The translations under genes were made by a program, and so were the position numbers. Source: a virus (taxonomy: Duplodnaviria > Caudoviricetes). From it: DNA of 29,942 bases. This document shows, in pieces, positions 15,116 through 23,920 of this stretch (positions are counted from its first letter, which is position 1; each line of letters opens with the position of its first letter). The notes beneath the pieces were generated by a model. That model searched no databases and had not been told where the DNA came from. It worked only from the letters and a program-made list of their open reading frames with translations. The DNA is taken from positions 1 through 29,942 of the IMG/VR virus record IMGVR_UViG_3300021085_000144. One strand, written 5' to 3'.

Positions 15116-15232
15116 ATGCCTTATAGTAAGTATTCACCAAAGCAAAAGAAGTTAGCAGCAGTAGCTCCTCCAAGAAAGATGATTACTCAAGCAGATTTAA
15201 AGGCGTTAAGAAAGAAAAAGAAAAGAGGATAG
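15116..15232 (+). CDS. 38-aa basic peptide MPYSKYSPKQKKLAAVAPPRKMITQADLKALRKKKKRG
   Basis: Fills the gap between neighbours exactly; not in ORF track. Confidence 0.6.
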   Translation: MPYSKYSPKQKKLAAVAPPRKMITQADLKALRKKKKRG

Positions 15233-18200
15233 ATGTCAAACACTAAAATCAAAGCAGCACAGTTCTCTGGAGTTATAGGTAATGGCGTAAATGGTTATGT
15301 GCTTCAATCTTCAGGGGATGGTGATATGGAATGGGTGGCTAGCATTACACCACCTGCTATAACATCGTTATCCTATCCAGGCTCTGCAACCGCTGCGGAT
15401 ACAGCTGGAGGAGAAACTATAACAATTACAGGTACAGGTTTTGTTACAGGCGTTACCGTAACCGTAGGAGGCACGGCTGCACCAGCAGTATCTTTTGTGT
15501 CTGCAACTACTTTAACTATAACAACACCAGCCAAAGCTGCAGGTGATTATGATGTAGTTGTTACAAATACAGATACAGGAAGTGCTACATTTATAAATGG
15601 TATTTCATATAATGGTATTCCAGCATGGTCGACATCAGCAGGTAGCTTAGGAACCTTTGCTTCTGCAGAAACTATATCTACGATAACATTAGCGGCAACA
15701 GAACCAGATGGAGGTACTATCACATTTAATATTACCAATGGAGCACTACCTACTGGACTGTCGCTTACAGGCACTAATATTGATGGAACTACATCTTTAG
15801 AAACAGCAGAAACATTATATACTTTTACTGTAACTGCAACGGATAATGAAAGTCAAACAACACCTAGGGTTTTTACTATAACTGTAAAAAAACAATTTAA
15901 AAACTACGAAAACTTCACAATCAACACTTACACTGGAAATGGATCAACACAGAGCATTGAAGGTAAGATTGGTACTGCTGCGGATTTTAATGGAAGTAGT
16001 AGTTATATTAACACTAATGCTAAAATCCCTGTTTCTTTGAATTTTTCCATATCATTTTGGATGAAAACAAGCAGTACGGCAACTAATCAATATATGTTTA
16101 GTACGAAATCAAATTCTGCTACAAATGGATGGTGGATTATTACCAGCGGTGGAAATGTTTGGTACGGTGAGGGTAATGGGAGTGACAATGGAGTTACACA
16201 GACATCTCCTCTTTCAACTTATGCGGATAGTGAATGGCATCACGTTTGTGTAACAAGGGCAGCAGGAGGTACTGTAAATATGTATATAGATGGTAGTCGA
16301 GTTATAACAGATGGCGCAGTTGGCTCTAATCATATGACCAGTAATGTATGGCAAAACAATCTCCATATAGGAAGATATTCAGGTTCTAATGCATATTTTT
16401 ATAATGGTTCTATAGACCAAGCTAGAATCTTTAACAAAGTATTATCATTATCAGAGGTTACAACATTATACAACGAACCAAGTAATTTAAGTACTGCATC
16501 CACAACAGACATCTTTGATGATGGCTCTGGAATAGCTTTATATGAATTTGAAGAAGGCGCTAAGGATACTGGTGGAGTTACTGGATATATTGGAGCAGCA
16601 GGTATATTTAATGGGAGTACAAGCCATATTGATTTAGGAACTACAGATTTTGTTCAAAATAATAATTCGCTTTCAATTTCTGCATGGTGTTATTTTGAAG
16701 ATTTAAGTACAGCAAATTCTATTGTAACAAAATGGAATAATAGCGGAATTGAAGAATCTTGGGGGTTTTGGCATTATGGAGCAGGCTCAACAACTTTACA
16801 TTTTGCCCATAGAGACGCATCTAATAATGTTACGTCATCATACTCAAATACGAGTGCTATAAGTGAAAATACTTGGCATCATTGTGTATTGGTTTGGAAT
16901 GGCAGCACCGTAACTTATTATGTTGATGGAGCACAAGTAGGAACATCAACAAATTCAGACTTTAATTCTGCTACAAAAACATCAAATGCAAATATCATAA
17001 TAGGTGCTCAAAATGAAGGTTCTGCCAGTCAAATGACTGGTAAAATAGACCAAGTCCGCTTATTCAACAAGGGATTAAGTTCTTCCGAAGTAACAACCTT
17101 ATACAACGAGACATCAGCATCGTCTACAAAATCTACAACTGATATATTTGATGATAACAGTGGTGTTGCACTTTATGAGCTTGAGGGTAATGCTAATGAT
17201 ACAGGAGGCGGAAATGGAAAGATTGGTGGCGCTGCAGTGTTTAATGGGAGTAGTAGTAAGGTGTCTAATGTATACCAAATTGATTATGGTAGCTCTATAT
17301 CAATGTGGGTTAATGTTGATAATACAGTACCTACAGGAACTTACTACGGATTATGGACTCAAGGTGACGGCTCTGCCGAATATACAGGTGTAAGGTACAA
17401 AAGAAATTCGGGTAATAATTACACGATTGAGGCATTTATCAGATTAGGAAATAACTACATTTATAGAAGAAATACAAGTAGCACTTGGAATGAAGGTTGG
17501 AATCACTTTGTTTTTATAATAAACACTACTACAGGTTTTGATTTTTATCTTAACGGAAGTAATGGAAACTTTTCGAATTGGTTTGTTAGTGGTACTTTTT
17601 CTAATGTAGATTTTTCTAATGAACCTGCTGCACTTGGTATTTACAGTGCAAGCACGTATTATAAGGGTAAATTAGACGAAGTAAGATATTATAATAAAGA
17701 ATTATCTGCAAGTGAAATAACTACCTTATATACAGAAACAGCTTCTTCTACAATATCTATTAGCGGTTTACAAGCACATTATAAGTTTGAAGGGGATGCA
17801 ACAGATGAACAAGGTAATTATGACGGTACAGCTACTAACGTAATTTATGGTTATAACGGAACACCTACAAATGTAACTTACGGCTATGACGGAACACCTA
17901 CTAATGTAAGTTTCGTAGGAACTTTATTCCAACCTGATTTTGTTTGGATAAAGGAAAGGAATAATCCTGTTGACCATCTTTTGTTTGATACTATTAGAGG
18001 TGCGGGAGTTTACCAAAGAACAAATCTTGCATCAAATGACCCTTCACCACAGTTAGCTACATTAAGTTCCTTTGACAGTAATGGATTTTCTGTTGGCACA
18101 GATGGTGGAGTTAATGGTAATAACGATACCTACGTGGCTTGGTGTTGGAAAGCAGGGGGGGCTGCCTCATTAAACCAAAACGGAAGTATAGACAGCCAAG

Positions 18201-18835
18201 TTAGTGCTAATCAAGATGCAGGGTTTAGTGTTGTGAAATATACAGCAAACGCAACTTCTGGAGCAACTATTGGTCACGGATTAGACCAAGAATTAGATTT
18301 ACTTATTGTTAAGTCAACAAATTTAAGTCAGGCGTGGAATGTTTATGTAAAAGACGTTACAGATACAAGTGCCAAATATTTACGCTTAAACGAATCTAAT
18401 GCTATATACAGCACTTCATCCCCAAGATTTATTCCTAATAATTTTACAGATAGTGTTTTTTCTGTTGGTAATGATAATTCAACTAATGGAATAAGTGGCA
18501 CTGACCAATATATCGCCTACTGCTTCAATTCAGTAGATGGTTATCAGAAGGTAGGGAGTTATAGTGGTTCAAGTTCAAACGTAACAGTAACTACAGGTTT
18601 TAGACCTCGTTGGGTTATGGTTAAATCTACGACATCAGCTCATAGTTGGTATGTAATAGATTCTGCTAGGGGTGCAACAAGTTCATCTTCTATTGGTTTG
18701 TTTCCAAATTTATCGAACGCTGAAGCATCAGGGTATGGTATATATTTTGAAGATAATGGATTCGTGGTCTCTTCTGGTGTTGGAACAGGAACTAATGCGT
18801 CGGGTAACACGTACATCTATTTAGCAATAGCATAA
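15233..18835 (+). CDS. Virion fibre/adhesin: IPT/TIG + Ig-like + three LamG (ConA-like lectin) domains + C-terminal YTGNG/FQPDxVWIK domains
   Basis: ITS..P...TAGG.TITITGTGF (IPT); LPTGLSL.G (Ig); 3x FNGS..I...WHH...Y.DG...G.IDQ.R.FNK.LS..EV (LamG). Confidence 0.85.
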   Translation: MSNTKIKAAQFSGVIGNGVNGYVLQSSGDGDMEWVASITPPAITSLSYPGSATAADTAGGETITITGTGFVTGVTVTVGGTAAPAVSFVSATTLTITTPAKAAGDYDVVVTNTDTGSATFINGISYNGIPAWSTSAGSLGTFASAETISTITLAATEPDGGTITFNITNGALPTGLSLTGTNIDGTTSLETAETLYTFTVTATDNESQTTPRVFTITVKKQFKNYENFTINTYTGNGSTQSIEGKIGTAADFNGSSSYINTNAKIPVSLNFSISFWMKTSSTATNQYMFSTKSNSATNGWWIITSGGNVWYGEGNGSDNGVTQTSPLSTYADSEWHHVCVTRAAGGTVNMYIDGSRVITDGAVGSNHMTSNVWQNNLHIGRYSGSNAYFYNGSIDQARIFNKVLSLSEVTTLYNEPSNLSTASTTDIFDDGSGIALYEFEEGAKDTGGVTGYIGAAGIFNGSTSHIDLGTTDFVQNNNSLSISAWCYFEDLSTANSIVTKWNNSGIEESWGFWHYGAGSTTLHFAHRDASNNVTSSYSNTSAISENTWHHCVLVWNGSTVTYYVDGAQVGTSTNSDFNSATKTSNANIIIGAQNEGSASQMTGKIDQVRLFNKGLSSSEVTTLYNETSASSTKSTTDIFDDNSGVALYELEGNANDTGGGNGKIGGAAVFNGSSSKVSNVYQIDYGSSISMWVNVDNTVPTGTYYGLWTQGDGSAEYTGVRYKRNSGNNYTIEAFIRLGNNYIYRRNTSSTWNEGWNHFVFIINTTTGFDFYLNGSNGNFSNWFVSGTFSNVDFSNEPAALGIYSASTYYKGKLDEVRYYNKELSASEITTLYTETASSTISISGLQAHYKFEGDATDEQGNYDGTATNVIYGYNGTPTNVTYGYDGTPTNVSFVGTLFQPDFVWIKERNNPVDHLLFDTIRGAGVYQRTNLASNDPSPQLATLSSFDSNGFSVGTDGGVNGNNDTYVAWCWKAGGAASLNQNGSIDSQVSANQDAGFSVVKYTANATSGATIGHGLDQELDLLIVKSTNLSQAWNVYVKDVTDTSAKYLRLNESNAIYSTSSPRFIPNNFTDSVFSVGNDNSTNGISGTDQYIAYCFNSVDGYQKVGSYSGSSSNVTVTTGFRPRWVMVKSTTSAHSWYVIDSARGATSSSSIGLFPNLSNAEASGYGIYFEDNGFVVSSGVGTGTNASGNTYIYLAIA
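17819..17917 (+). repeat. Three tandem 33-bp coding repeats Y(D/N)GT(A/P)TNV.(Y/F)
   Basis: tatgacggtacagctactaacgtaatttatggt / tataacggaacacctacaaatgtaacttacggc / tatgacggaacacctactaatgtaagtttcgta. Confidence 0.8.
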
Positions 18836-18975
18836 TGGAAGATTTGAAGATAGCTTTTACTAACATATTCGCACTTGGGTTAAGTGTTTCAGAAGCAAAC
18901 CCAGTATTACAAACGGTATCTTTAGTATTAGCTATCGGATATACTTTAATATCAATATATAAAAAACTGAAATAA
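18835..18975 (+). CDS. 46-aa membrane protein, holin-like
   Basis: MEDLKIAFTNIFALGLSVSEANPVLQTVSLVLAIGYTLISIYKKLK; hydrophobic with basic C-terminus; TAATG-coupled on both sides. Confidence 0.6.
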   Translation: MEDLKIAFTNIFALGLSVSEANPVLQTVSLVLAIGYTLISIYKKLK

Positions 18976-19259
18976 TGGCAAAAATAGACATAGATGGAGA
19001 CGGTAAAGCGGATGTTTCAATCAGCATCACTCAGATTATTACGATAGCTGCAATGTTTGCTTCTATTATTGGTTCATATTATACTTTAAGCGCTAAAATA
19101 GATAATAATGCTGCAGAGGTTAAAAAACTGAAGTATAATGAAAAGGAGTATACTTGGAAAAATCAAAGAAAACTTGAAGATCAAGTTAAAGCAATAGAGC
19201 TTGAAATGAGAGACTTTATGAAAGATCTTGAGTGGATTCAAAAAAGTAAAAAAAGGTAA
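18975..19259 (+). CDS. Single-TM coiled-coil protein
   Basis: DIDGDGKAD, one TM segment, then heptads. Confidence 0.7.
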   Translation: MAKIDIDGDGKADVSISITQIITIAAMFASIIGSYYTLSAKIDNNAAEVKKLKYNEKEYTWKNQRKLEDQVKAIELEMRDFMKDLEWIQKSKKR

Positions 19260-19507
19260 TGGCATTAGGAAGAACAGCACGTTACTATAAAGACAACCCT
19301 GAAGCAAGGGCTGTAAAAGCCGCTTACGACAAGAAGTTTCAAAAAAAACGAAAGCAAGTCAAGAAGCGTGTTGAGTGCAATAAGTTTAATAGAGAAAAAG
19401 GAACTTATGGTAACGGAGACAATATGGATTGTTCACATAAAAACGGTACATTAGTACAAGAACATAGGAAAAAAAACAGAGCCAGAGGAGGCGCTAAAAA
19501 ATCTTAA
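19259..19507 (+). CDS. Small basic HNH-like protein
   Basis: GDNMDCSHKNG...EH..KNRAR resembles a compact phage HNH motif. Confidence 0.45.
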   Translation: MALGRTARYYKDNPEARAVKAAYDKKFQKKRKQVKKRVECNKFNREKGTYGNGDNMDCSHKNGTLVQEHRKKNRARGGAKKS

Positions 19508-19522
19508 TTTTAATTTTTACAC

Positions 19523-19819
19523 ATGACAACTATTATTTTTATTTTAATCGGATTAATTGCACTTTTAGTGGTGGTTAATATTTCAGCAATTTGGATGACT
19601 AGAAAAGGTCTAACTCGTGACGAGAACAACAACATGATTCCTGACCTCTTAGAGGAGAAAATGGCGGACTTGAAGCAAGATGTATCTATTCGTGTAGAAC
19701 GTGTAGGAGAAGAGCTTAAAGACGTTTCTAAGGCTATTAAAGAAGTTGGTAATCAGATAGGAGATATTCCTTCTGCCGTAACTGGGAAAACTAGACCAGG
19801 ACGTAAGCCTAAAAAATAA
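19523..19819 (+). CDS. N-terminal TM protein with coiled coil
   Basis: Hydrophobic residues 4-25; DENNNMIPD motif. Confidence 0.7.
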   Translation: MTTIIFILIGLIALLVVVNISAIWMTRKGLTRDENNNMIPDLLEEKMADLKQDVSIRVERVGEELKDVSKAIKEVGNQIGDIPSAVTGKTRPGRKPKK

Positions 19820-19824
19820 AACAT

Positions 19825-20022
19825 ATGCCAAGGATTGCAAAATACGATAAAGATTATCAAATATCTGATACGGATATATTGCTAGGTAGTGATGGGGATA
19901 ACAATAACATCACTAAAAACTTTACTATAGGCGACCTTAAGACATACATTATTCCATCAGGAGGTCAGGCTGGGCAAGTGCTTAAGTCTGACGGTGTTGG
20001 TGGGGTGTATTGGGATGATTGA
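19825..20022 (+). CDS. Small structural/fibre-module protein
   Basis: N-terminus paralogous to 22496..22837; GQAGQVLKSDG.G fibre motif. Confidence 0.65.
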   Translation: MPRIAKYDKDYQISDTDILLGSDGDNNNITKNFTIGDLKTYIIPSGGQAGQVLKSDGVGGVYWDD

Positions 20023-21512
20023 TGAAAATAAGAAAGGACCAAATAAAGCTTAATGAATTTGATGGGGATACAAGTATATCCGCAAATGATAAGATAATTG
20101 GTCAAGACTCTGAGTTTTTTAAACACACAAAAAACTATAGCGTACAGTCAGTAGCTATTGAGGTTAGAGGCGGTGTTGGTTTGCCTGGTCAAGTGCTAAA
20201 AAATAATGGAGATGGTACTTGGGGGTTTTATGGTTCTGGTCAATCAGTCACCACTACAACTACAACATTAGCTCCTGGAGCAACTACGACTACTACAACA
20301 TCAGCTCCAACAACTACTACTACAACAAGCGCACCCGCAACGACTACCACTACAACTGATACACCAACAACAACAACGACTACAGTAAGTCCAGGGACTA
20401 CTACAACTACTACGTCTAGTCCAGGCACTACAACGACTACAACTGATACGCCAACGACTACTACAACCACGCAAGCGGCAACGACTACAACGACTACGTT
20501 AGGAACAACAACTACAACTACTACAGCTCAACCAACTACGACCACAACAACTGCACCAACTACCACAACTACTACAGCAGCCGCAACCACTACAACGACT
20601 ACTGCTGTACCATATACTTTTCCTCAGTCAGCAGGAACTTGGTATCACAATGGAAGCTTCTCTGGAGGATCTCTTGTTGGTCATATAAACTTATCTAATG
20701 CGTGTAGTGATCTTCTGTCTAATGGAAGAATAGGTTTTGTTTTTAAAGACAGTAATAATAACTGGATAAACAGTATTTCAGATGTAGACGCTTCTATTGC
20801 TTTGGGAAGAACAATTACAGCATATACAAGTGTAAATGGTAGTTCATACACATCTTTAGGGATAAATTACCAACAAAGATTTTTTGGAACAAATACGGAT
20901 AATAATAGTAATGTAACTGAATATTCTTTTGATTTAGCTAATGGTACAATAACCGAAATAACAAGCGGAGTTTATTATCAGGCTTGTCAAGCAACTACTA
21001 CTACTACTACCGCAGCTACCACTACAACAACTACTCAAGGGGTTACCACAACGTTACTATCAGATGCAGTAAGTTTACCTAGTAACGTATTATTGCAGTT
21101 TAGAAGTAATGTAAATCACACCAGCATAACAGGTGGAACTTCTCAGGTTGGGCAAGCTGTTTCGTCTGCATCATACGGAAACTATGTAAACATGACTCCA
21201 GCACAAGCTAAGTCTATAGCTTTATGGTTTGCCAACCGAACCGACATGACTATAGATACGTGGTATCCATTAGATCAAACTTACAGAGTAATTGAAACAG
21301 AAGCTGATCCAGATACAGTACTTCACACACAGACAAGTGTTACGGGAGCGGAGGTTATGTATACGCAGAGTGCATTAGCAAGTGAGGATGGTTTAGTATT
21401 GATGAAGGGCGGAACTTGGACAAATGTAACACAGTTAAACGGTAATGCAGCTTCAGTTCAAATACTTACAATAGGAGAAGCTTGGAACGATAGAGATATA
21501 ATTAAATATTAA
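20019..21512 (+). CDS. Thr-rich mucin-like putative virion surface protein
   Basis: Fibre-type N-terminus (GQVLK.NGDG); ~118-aa poly-Thr/Pro tract (20250-20603) and a second tract near 20994-21053. Confidence 0.75.
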   Translation: MMKIRKDQIKLNEFDGDTSISANDKIIGQDSEFFKHTKNYSVQSVAIEVRGGVGLPGQVLKNNGDGTWGFYGSGQSVTTTTTTLAPGATTTTTTSAPTTTTTTSAPATTTTTTDTPTTTTTTVSPGTTTTTTSSPGTTTTTTDTPTTTTTTQAATTTTTTLGTTTTTTTAQPTTTTTTAPTTTTTTAAATTTTTTAVPYTFPQSAGTWYHNGSFSGGSLVGHINLSNACSDLLSNGRIGFVFKDSNNNWINSISDVDASIALGRTITAYTSVNGSSYTSLGINYQQRFFGTNTDNNSNVTEYSFDLANGTITEITSGVYYQACQATTTTTTAATTTTTTQGVTTTLLSDAVSLPSNVLLQFRSNVNHTSITGGTSQVGQAVSSASYGNYVNMTPAQAKSIALWFANRTDMTIDTWYPLDQTYRVIETEADPDTVLHTQTSVTGAEVMYTQSALASEDGLVLMKGGTWTNVTQLNGNAASVQILTIGEAWNDRDIIKY

Positions 21513-21533
21513 AAATAAATTTATTGTATTATA

Positions 21534-21995
21534 ATGGAAAGAATATCAAAACATATATCATTTAAGGAGGCTATTAAATCCAACACAGCTTTAAGAAGAG
21601 GTATAGATAATACCCCTAATAGATACGAGCAAACCAACATGGAGATTATAGCTGAAAAGATTTTTGAACCACTTCGTGAGTGGGCTGGAGGTCCTATTAA
21701 GATTAATAGCTTTTATAGATGCGATGAGTTAAACACAGCTATTGGTGGATCATCTAGGTCACAACATTGCGAAGGTAGAGCTATGGATATAGACGATACT
21801 TTTGGTCATAAAACAAATGCTGAAATGTTTGATTACATAAGAGACAACTTAAGCTTTGATCAAATAATATGGGAGTTTGGGGATGACAACAATCCTTCTT
21901 GGATTCACGTAAGCTATGTCTCAGACGACCAGAACAGACTCAAAGTTATGAGGGCGGAAAAGATAAATGGTAAAACACAATACAGATATATATGA
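21534..21995 (+). CDS. Endolysin, peptidase M15 family
   Basis: INSFYRC..LN..IGGS..SQH..G.AMDI...WIHVS Zn-peptidase motifs. Confidence 0.88.
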   Translation: MERISKHISFKEAIKSNTALRRGIDNTPNRYEQTNMEIIAEKIFEPLREWAGGPIKINSFYRCDELNTAIGGSSRSQHCEGRAMDIDDTFGHKTNAEMFDYIRDNLSFDQIIWEFGDDNNPSWIHVSYVSDDQNRLKVMRAEKINGKTQYRYI

Positions 21996-22459
21996 GCACA
22001 GAAAAAAAACCATTCAAAGAAACTGGATTAGGTAAAATATTGCTTGGAGTATTACCAAACGTAGTCAAAGGAGCAGCTAAGTTTCTACCCGACTCTGGGG
22101 TAACTGGAGTTATTAAGAACCTTATAGATAATGATCCTGACATGAGTGAGGATGAGAAGGCTGCTGCACACGATCAGCTTGTAGAACTGTACAGGCTAGA
22201 GGTAGAGGATAGAGATTCCGCTAGAAAGCGTGAAGCCGCTATTGTTGCTTCTGGAGGCAGAGATTGGATGATGACACTAACTGGTGTTATCGGATTAGCA
22301 GCGTTTGCTTTCTTAGTATACACTGTGGTTACAACAAAAGTTCCAGCTGAGAATAAAGAAATTTTTATTCATATGATAGGTATTGTTGAAGGTGTTGCTC
22401 TCAGCATCTTTGGATACTACTTTGGTTCAGCTGTCAAGAAGGACGACAAGAACGGATAA
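21992..22459 (+). CDS. Putative holin
   Basis: Coupled to the endolysin; DRDSARKRE followed by two TM segments and a GYYFGS end. Confidence 0.65.
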   Translation: MSTEKKPFKETGLGKILLGVLPNVVKGAAKFLPDSGVTGVIKNLIDNDPDMSEDEKAAAHDQLVELYRLEVEDRDSARKREAAIVASGGRDWMMTLTGVIGLAAFAFLVYTVVTTKVPAENKEIFIHMIGIVEGVALSIFGYYFGSAVKKDDKNG

Positions 22460-22471
22460 GCTTTAATTTTG

Positions 22472-22479
22472 TAAATTTG
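22472..22479 (+). promoter_or_regulatory. -7 promoter element upstream of the fibre cluster
   Basis: TAAATTTG in an intergenic gap 16 nt before the ATG; no clear -33. Confidence 0.45.
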
Positions 22480-22495
22480 CATAAAAGTCAATGTT

Positions 22496-22837
22496 ATGCC
22501 AAGAATAAGTAGTTATCCGCAAGATACCAATGTCACAGGAAATGATATTTGGATTGGATCTGATGGAGATAATGGTCTTATAACAAAGAATTTCACAGCA
22601 GACGCTTTAGGTATTTATTACAACGCTAATGACACCTTTGGTCAAGGCACCTTTGTTTTTAGTCAATCATCAGCGGCATCAACCTGGACTATAAACCATA
22701 ATTTAAATAAATTTCCTTCAATATCAGTTGTAGATTCATCTGGGAATGTTGTTGTGGGATTTCAAACATATAACAATAGTAACCAAATAGTACTAACATT
22801 TTCTGCCCCTTTTTCAGGATCAGCGTATTTAAACTAA
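22496..22837 (+). CDS. Structural protein (shared N-module + TWTINHNL beta domain)
   Basis: Motifs shared with neighbours; within structural cluster. Confidence 0.7.
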   Translation: MPRISSYPQDTNVTGNDIWIGSDGDNGLITKNFTADALGIYYNANDTFGQGTFVFSQSSAASTWTINHNLNKFPSISVVDSSGNVVVGFQTYNNSNQIVLTFSAPFSGSAYLN

Positions 22838-22844
22838 ACAAGAA

Positions 22845-23912
22845 ATGGCAATAAATTATTTAAGTAGTATAGATTTAAACAAGAATGAGCTTCAGAATGG
22901 GGTTATTCATGTTTTAGCTGCTAATCCTAGTAACCCTGTAGAGGGACAGATATACTACAATTCTACAGACCAAAAATTATATTTTTATGATGGTTCAAGT
23001 TGGATTGATGCTTCTGGAGATATCAAAAGTGTAAATACCAATACAACATCAACTATTAGTGTCACAGACCCTGATGGTCCAAATCCAAAAATAGATACTA
23101 TAACGGCTGCTGTAACTAACGGAGGAACAGCTCTTGCTACAGGGGATCAGATATTTGATTATGTAACTACTTCGATAGGTAGTTTATCTCACACAATTGC
23201 AGGTACTGCTAATGAGATTGAAGTAGCTGACGGTGGATTCACAAATGGAGGCACAACAACAATTGGTCTTCCTAATGATGTTACAGTTACAAATGACCTT
23301 AACGTAGGCAATAACTTAGATGTAACGGGAAATGCCGTTATAGACGGTAACTTAACGGTTAGCGGAACAACTACTACAGTTAACTCTAATACAGTTGACA
23401 TTGGAGATAGTATTATTACACTAAACTCGGATGAAACAGGAGCACCTTCACAGGATGCAGGTTTTGAGATCGAGAGAGGCACATCACCAAACAGAAGTCT
23501 TTTATGGGACGAAAGTGAAGGAGAGTGGACTATTCAGCAAGCTTCTGGTACATATGAAAGAATTGCAACATACGCAGACTCAGTAGAGGATGTTATTGTT
23601 GAAGAAACTGGAGCTAGTGGTATCACAGTCACAGAGACACTGTCAGGTACAGATAACAGAATTAAAACGTATGACATTGCTGTTAACCTAGACGACTTAA
23701 GATATAAAGCTGACATTGGAGATGGATCAACAACAGCTATCGCAGTCACACACAATCTGGGAACAGAAGATGTTATTGTGCAGCTTTTTGATAATTCAAC
23801 AAAAGAAACGGTATATACTGACGTTACAAGAAACAGTGTAAATCAAATTACAGTTAGCTTTGCTACTGCTCCTTCATTAGGAGCTATCAGAGTATTGGTA
23901 CAAAAATTATAA
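22845..23912 (+). CDS. Tail-fibre-like structural protein
   Basis: P.NPVEGQIYYNST, GNLTVSGTTTTVNS...D.IITLN, AGFEIERG and C-terminal VTHNLG domain. Confidence 0.75.
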   Translation: MAINYLSSIDLNKNELQNGVIHVLAANPSNPVEGQIYYNSTDQKLYFYDGSSWIDASGDIKSVNTNTTSTISVTDPDGPNPKIDTITAAVTNGGTALATGDQIFDYVTTSIGSLSHTIAGTANEIEVADGGFTNGGTTTIGLPNDVTVTNDLNVGNNLDVTGNAVIDGNLTVSGTTTTVNSNTVDIGDSIITLNSDETGAPSQDAGFEIERGTSPNRSLLWDESEGEWTIQQASGTYERIATYADSVEDVIVEETGASGITVTETLSGTDNRIKTYDIAVNLDDLRYKADIGDGSTTAIAVTHNLGTEDVIVQLFDNSTKETVYTDVTRNSVNQITVSFATAPSLGAIRVLVQKL

Positions 23913-23920
23913 TTTAAATT

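Noticed and set aside
20240-20470. Poly-Val ORF on the minus strand
   Set aside because: Mirror of the poly-Thr codons.
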